A DNA stretch of 5,671 nucleotides, taken from the IMG/VR virus record IMGVR_UViG_3300045988_012439; one strand, 5' to 3'. Below are positions 5,144 to 5,671 of this stretch, piece by piece. This stretch comes from a virus. Made by a program: the position numbers and the translations under genes. The notes beneath the pieces are model-generated. The model was not told the DNA's origin. It did not search any database and saw only the letters and a program-made list of their open reading frames with translations. The first letter of the stretch is position 1. Every line of letters starts with the position of its first letter.

Positions 5144-5182
5144 AATAAAAAGCCCAGTACCTTACTTGATAGGTACTGGGCT
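5144..5182 (-). terminator. Rho-independent terminator downstream of Rep
   Basis: A perfect 12-bp stem joins AGCCCAGTACCT (5151-5162) and AGGTACTGGGCT (5171-5182), with an 8-nt loop. On the minus strand it is followed by TTTTATT (5150-5144). It starts 12 nt after the Rep stop codon. Confidence 0.85.
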
Positions 5183-5194
5183 AGGTGACACTAA

Positions 5195-5671
5195 TTACAA
5201 AATACCACTTTTTTTCGTTTGTTTTTTGGTGACACGTTCTTTGGTCTCTAAGACGGTTTTATAGTCTTGACCCTCTAGCTGTAGTCTCTTTTCTTTCATT
5301 GCGTTTTTTTGTCGGTTTTGCTTAATTCTCCACAATCTTTGTGGGTTTTCTGCTTCCATCTGTTTTTCATAGTATCTTGGAATTTGTGCCCGTTTTCCGT
5401 TGGTGCATTGAATGTAACCTTGTTGCCAGATTTCTGCTTTGTGCTCTTGATAGTAGTGGTCCCCAAGTCCTGGCTTTAAGCTCATGCATGCAAATGGTTT
5501 TGTTTGCCCTAGCTCGTAGTATTCGTTAGCCTTTTTCCCGTCTATTTCGTACATTTTTTTTGTCACGTATCCTGCAACATATCGATAGGTTTCTGGAACT
5601 GCTTGCGCTATCTGTATTTGACCCATTCCCCACAGACCTTCTAGCCATTCACTGGTATAGTATCCGTTGTG
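5195..5671 (-). CDS. Replication initiation protein VP4, 3' part (aa 181-339, stop at 5197-5195). 5553-5671 duplicates 1-119.
   Basis: The frame is open to the right edge of the window. The listed Met at 5626 is internal residue 197 of the full protein. The catalytic YVAGYVTKK motif lies at 5581-5558. Confidence 0.92.
   Translation of the reverse strand, partial: HNGYYTSEWLEGLWGMGQIQIAQAVPETYRYVAGYVTKKMYEIDGKKANEYYELGQTKPFACMSLKPGLGDHYYQEHKAEIWQQGYIQCTNGKRAQIPRYYEKQMEAENPQRLWRIKQNRQKNAMKEKRLQLEGQDYKTVLETKERVTKKQTKKSGIL
5553..5671. repeat. Terminal redundancy, right copy; identical to 1-119
   Basis: Same evidence as the left copy. Confidence 0.97.

Noticed and set aside
8-5529. All plus-strand ORFs in the track (8..253, 644..871, 924..1112, 991..1296, 1235..1423, 1474..1941, 1987..2175, 2313..2567, 2582..2836, 3160..3360, 3237..3479, 3338..3523, 3498..3728, 3505..3717, 3855..4106, 3862..4140, 4291..4482, 5341..5529)
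   Set aside because: Each lies antisense to a well-supported minus-strand gene. They have the Leu/Phe/Cys/Ser-rich composition typical of antisense frames. None has a convincing SD, and there is no plus-strand promoter or terminator framework. The short minus-strand ORFs 1938..2126 and 2229..2423 are off-frame inside VP1 and are rejected likewise.

Overview
The window is one complete circular ssDNA phage genome of the family Microviridae (gokushovirus-like, not phiX-like). It was linearised inside the replication gene and carries a 119-bp assembly overlap: 1-119 is identical to 5553-5671, so the unit length is 5552 bp. Every credible gene is on the minus strand, so the window shows the complement of the mRNA-sense strand. 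They form one tightly packed, partly overlapping transcription unit. In order: a strong sigma70-type promoter (4754-4726), an M15-type zinc peptidase (putative endolysin), a 34-aa ORF, a 73-aa ORF, a 39-aa highly basic J/ORF8-like DNA-binding protein, an 80-aa conserved small protein, the VP3 scaffold, the VP1 major capsid, the VP2 pilot protein, the VP4 HUH Rep (crossing the circular junction), and an intrinsic terminator (5182-5144). The 34-aa and 39-aa ORFs fall below the ORF-track cutoff and were found by hand translation. The most unusual part is the ~390 bp lying outside the transcription unit (4755-5143). It holds eight same-orientation copies of TTCAACA(T/A) in two clusters of four around a 15-bp palindrome, a consensus-fitting DnaA box, a 13+3-bp AT-rich hairpin, a three-way alternative-pairing element, and a 39-nt GC-rich alternating pyrimidine-purine (Z-DNA-prone) tract that folds as a strand-specific G-T wobble hairpin. 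All protein assignments rest on motifs I recognise by eye. No database search was possible.
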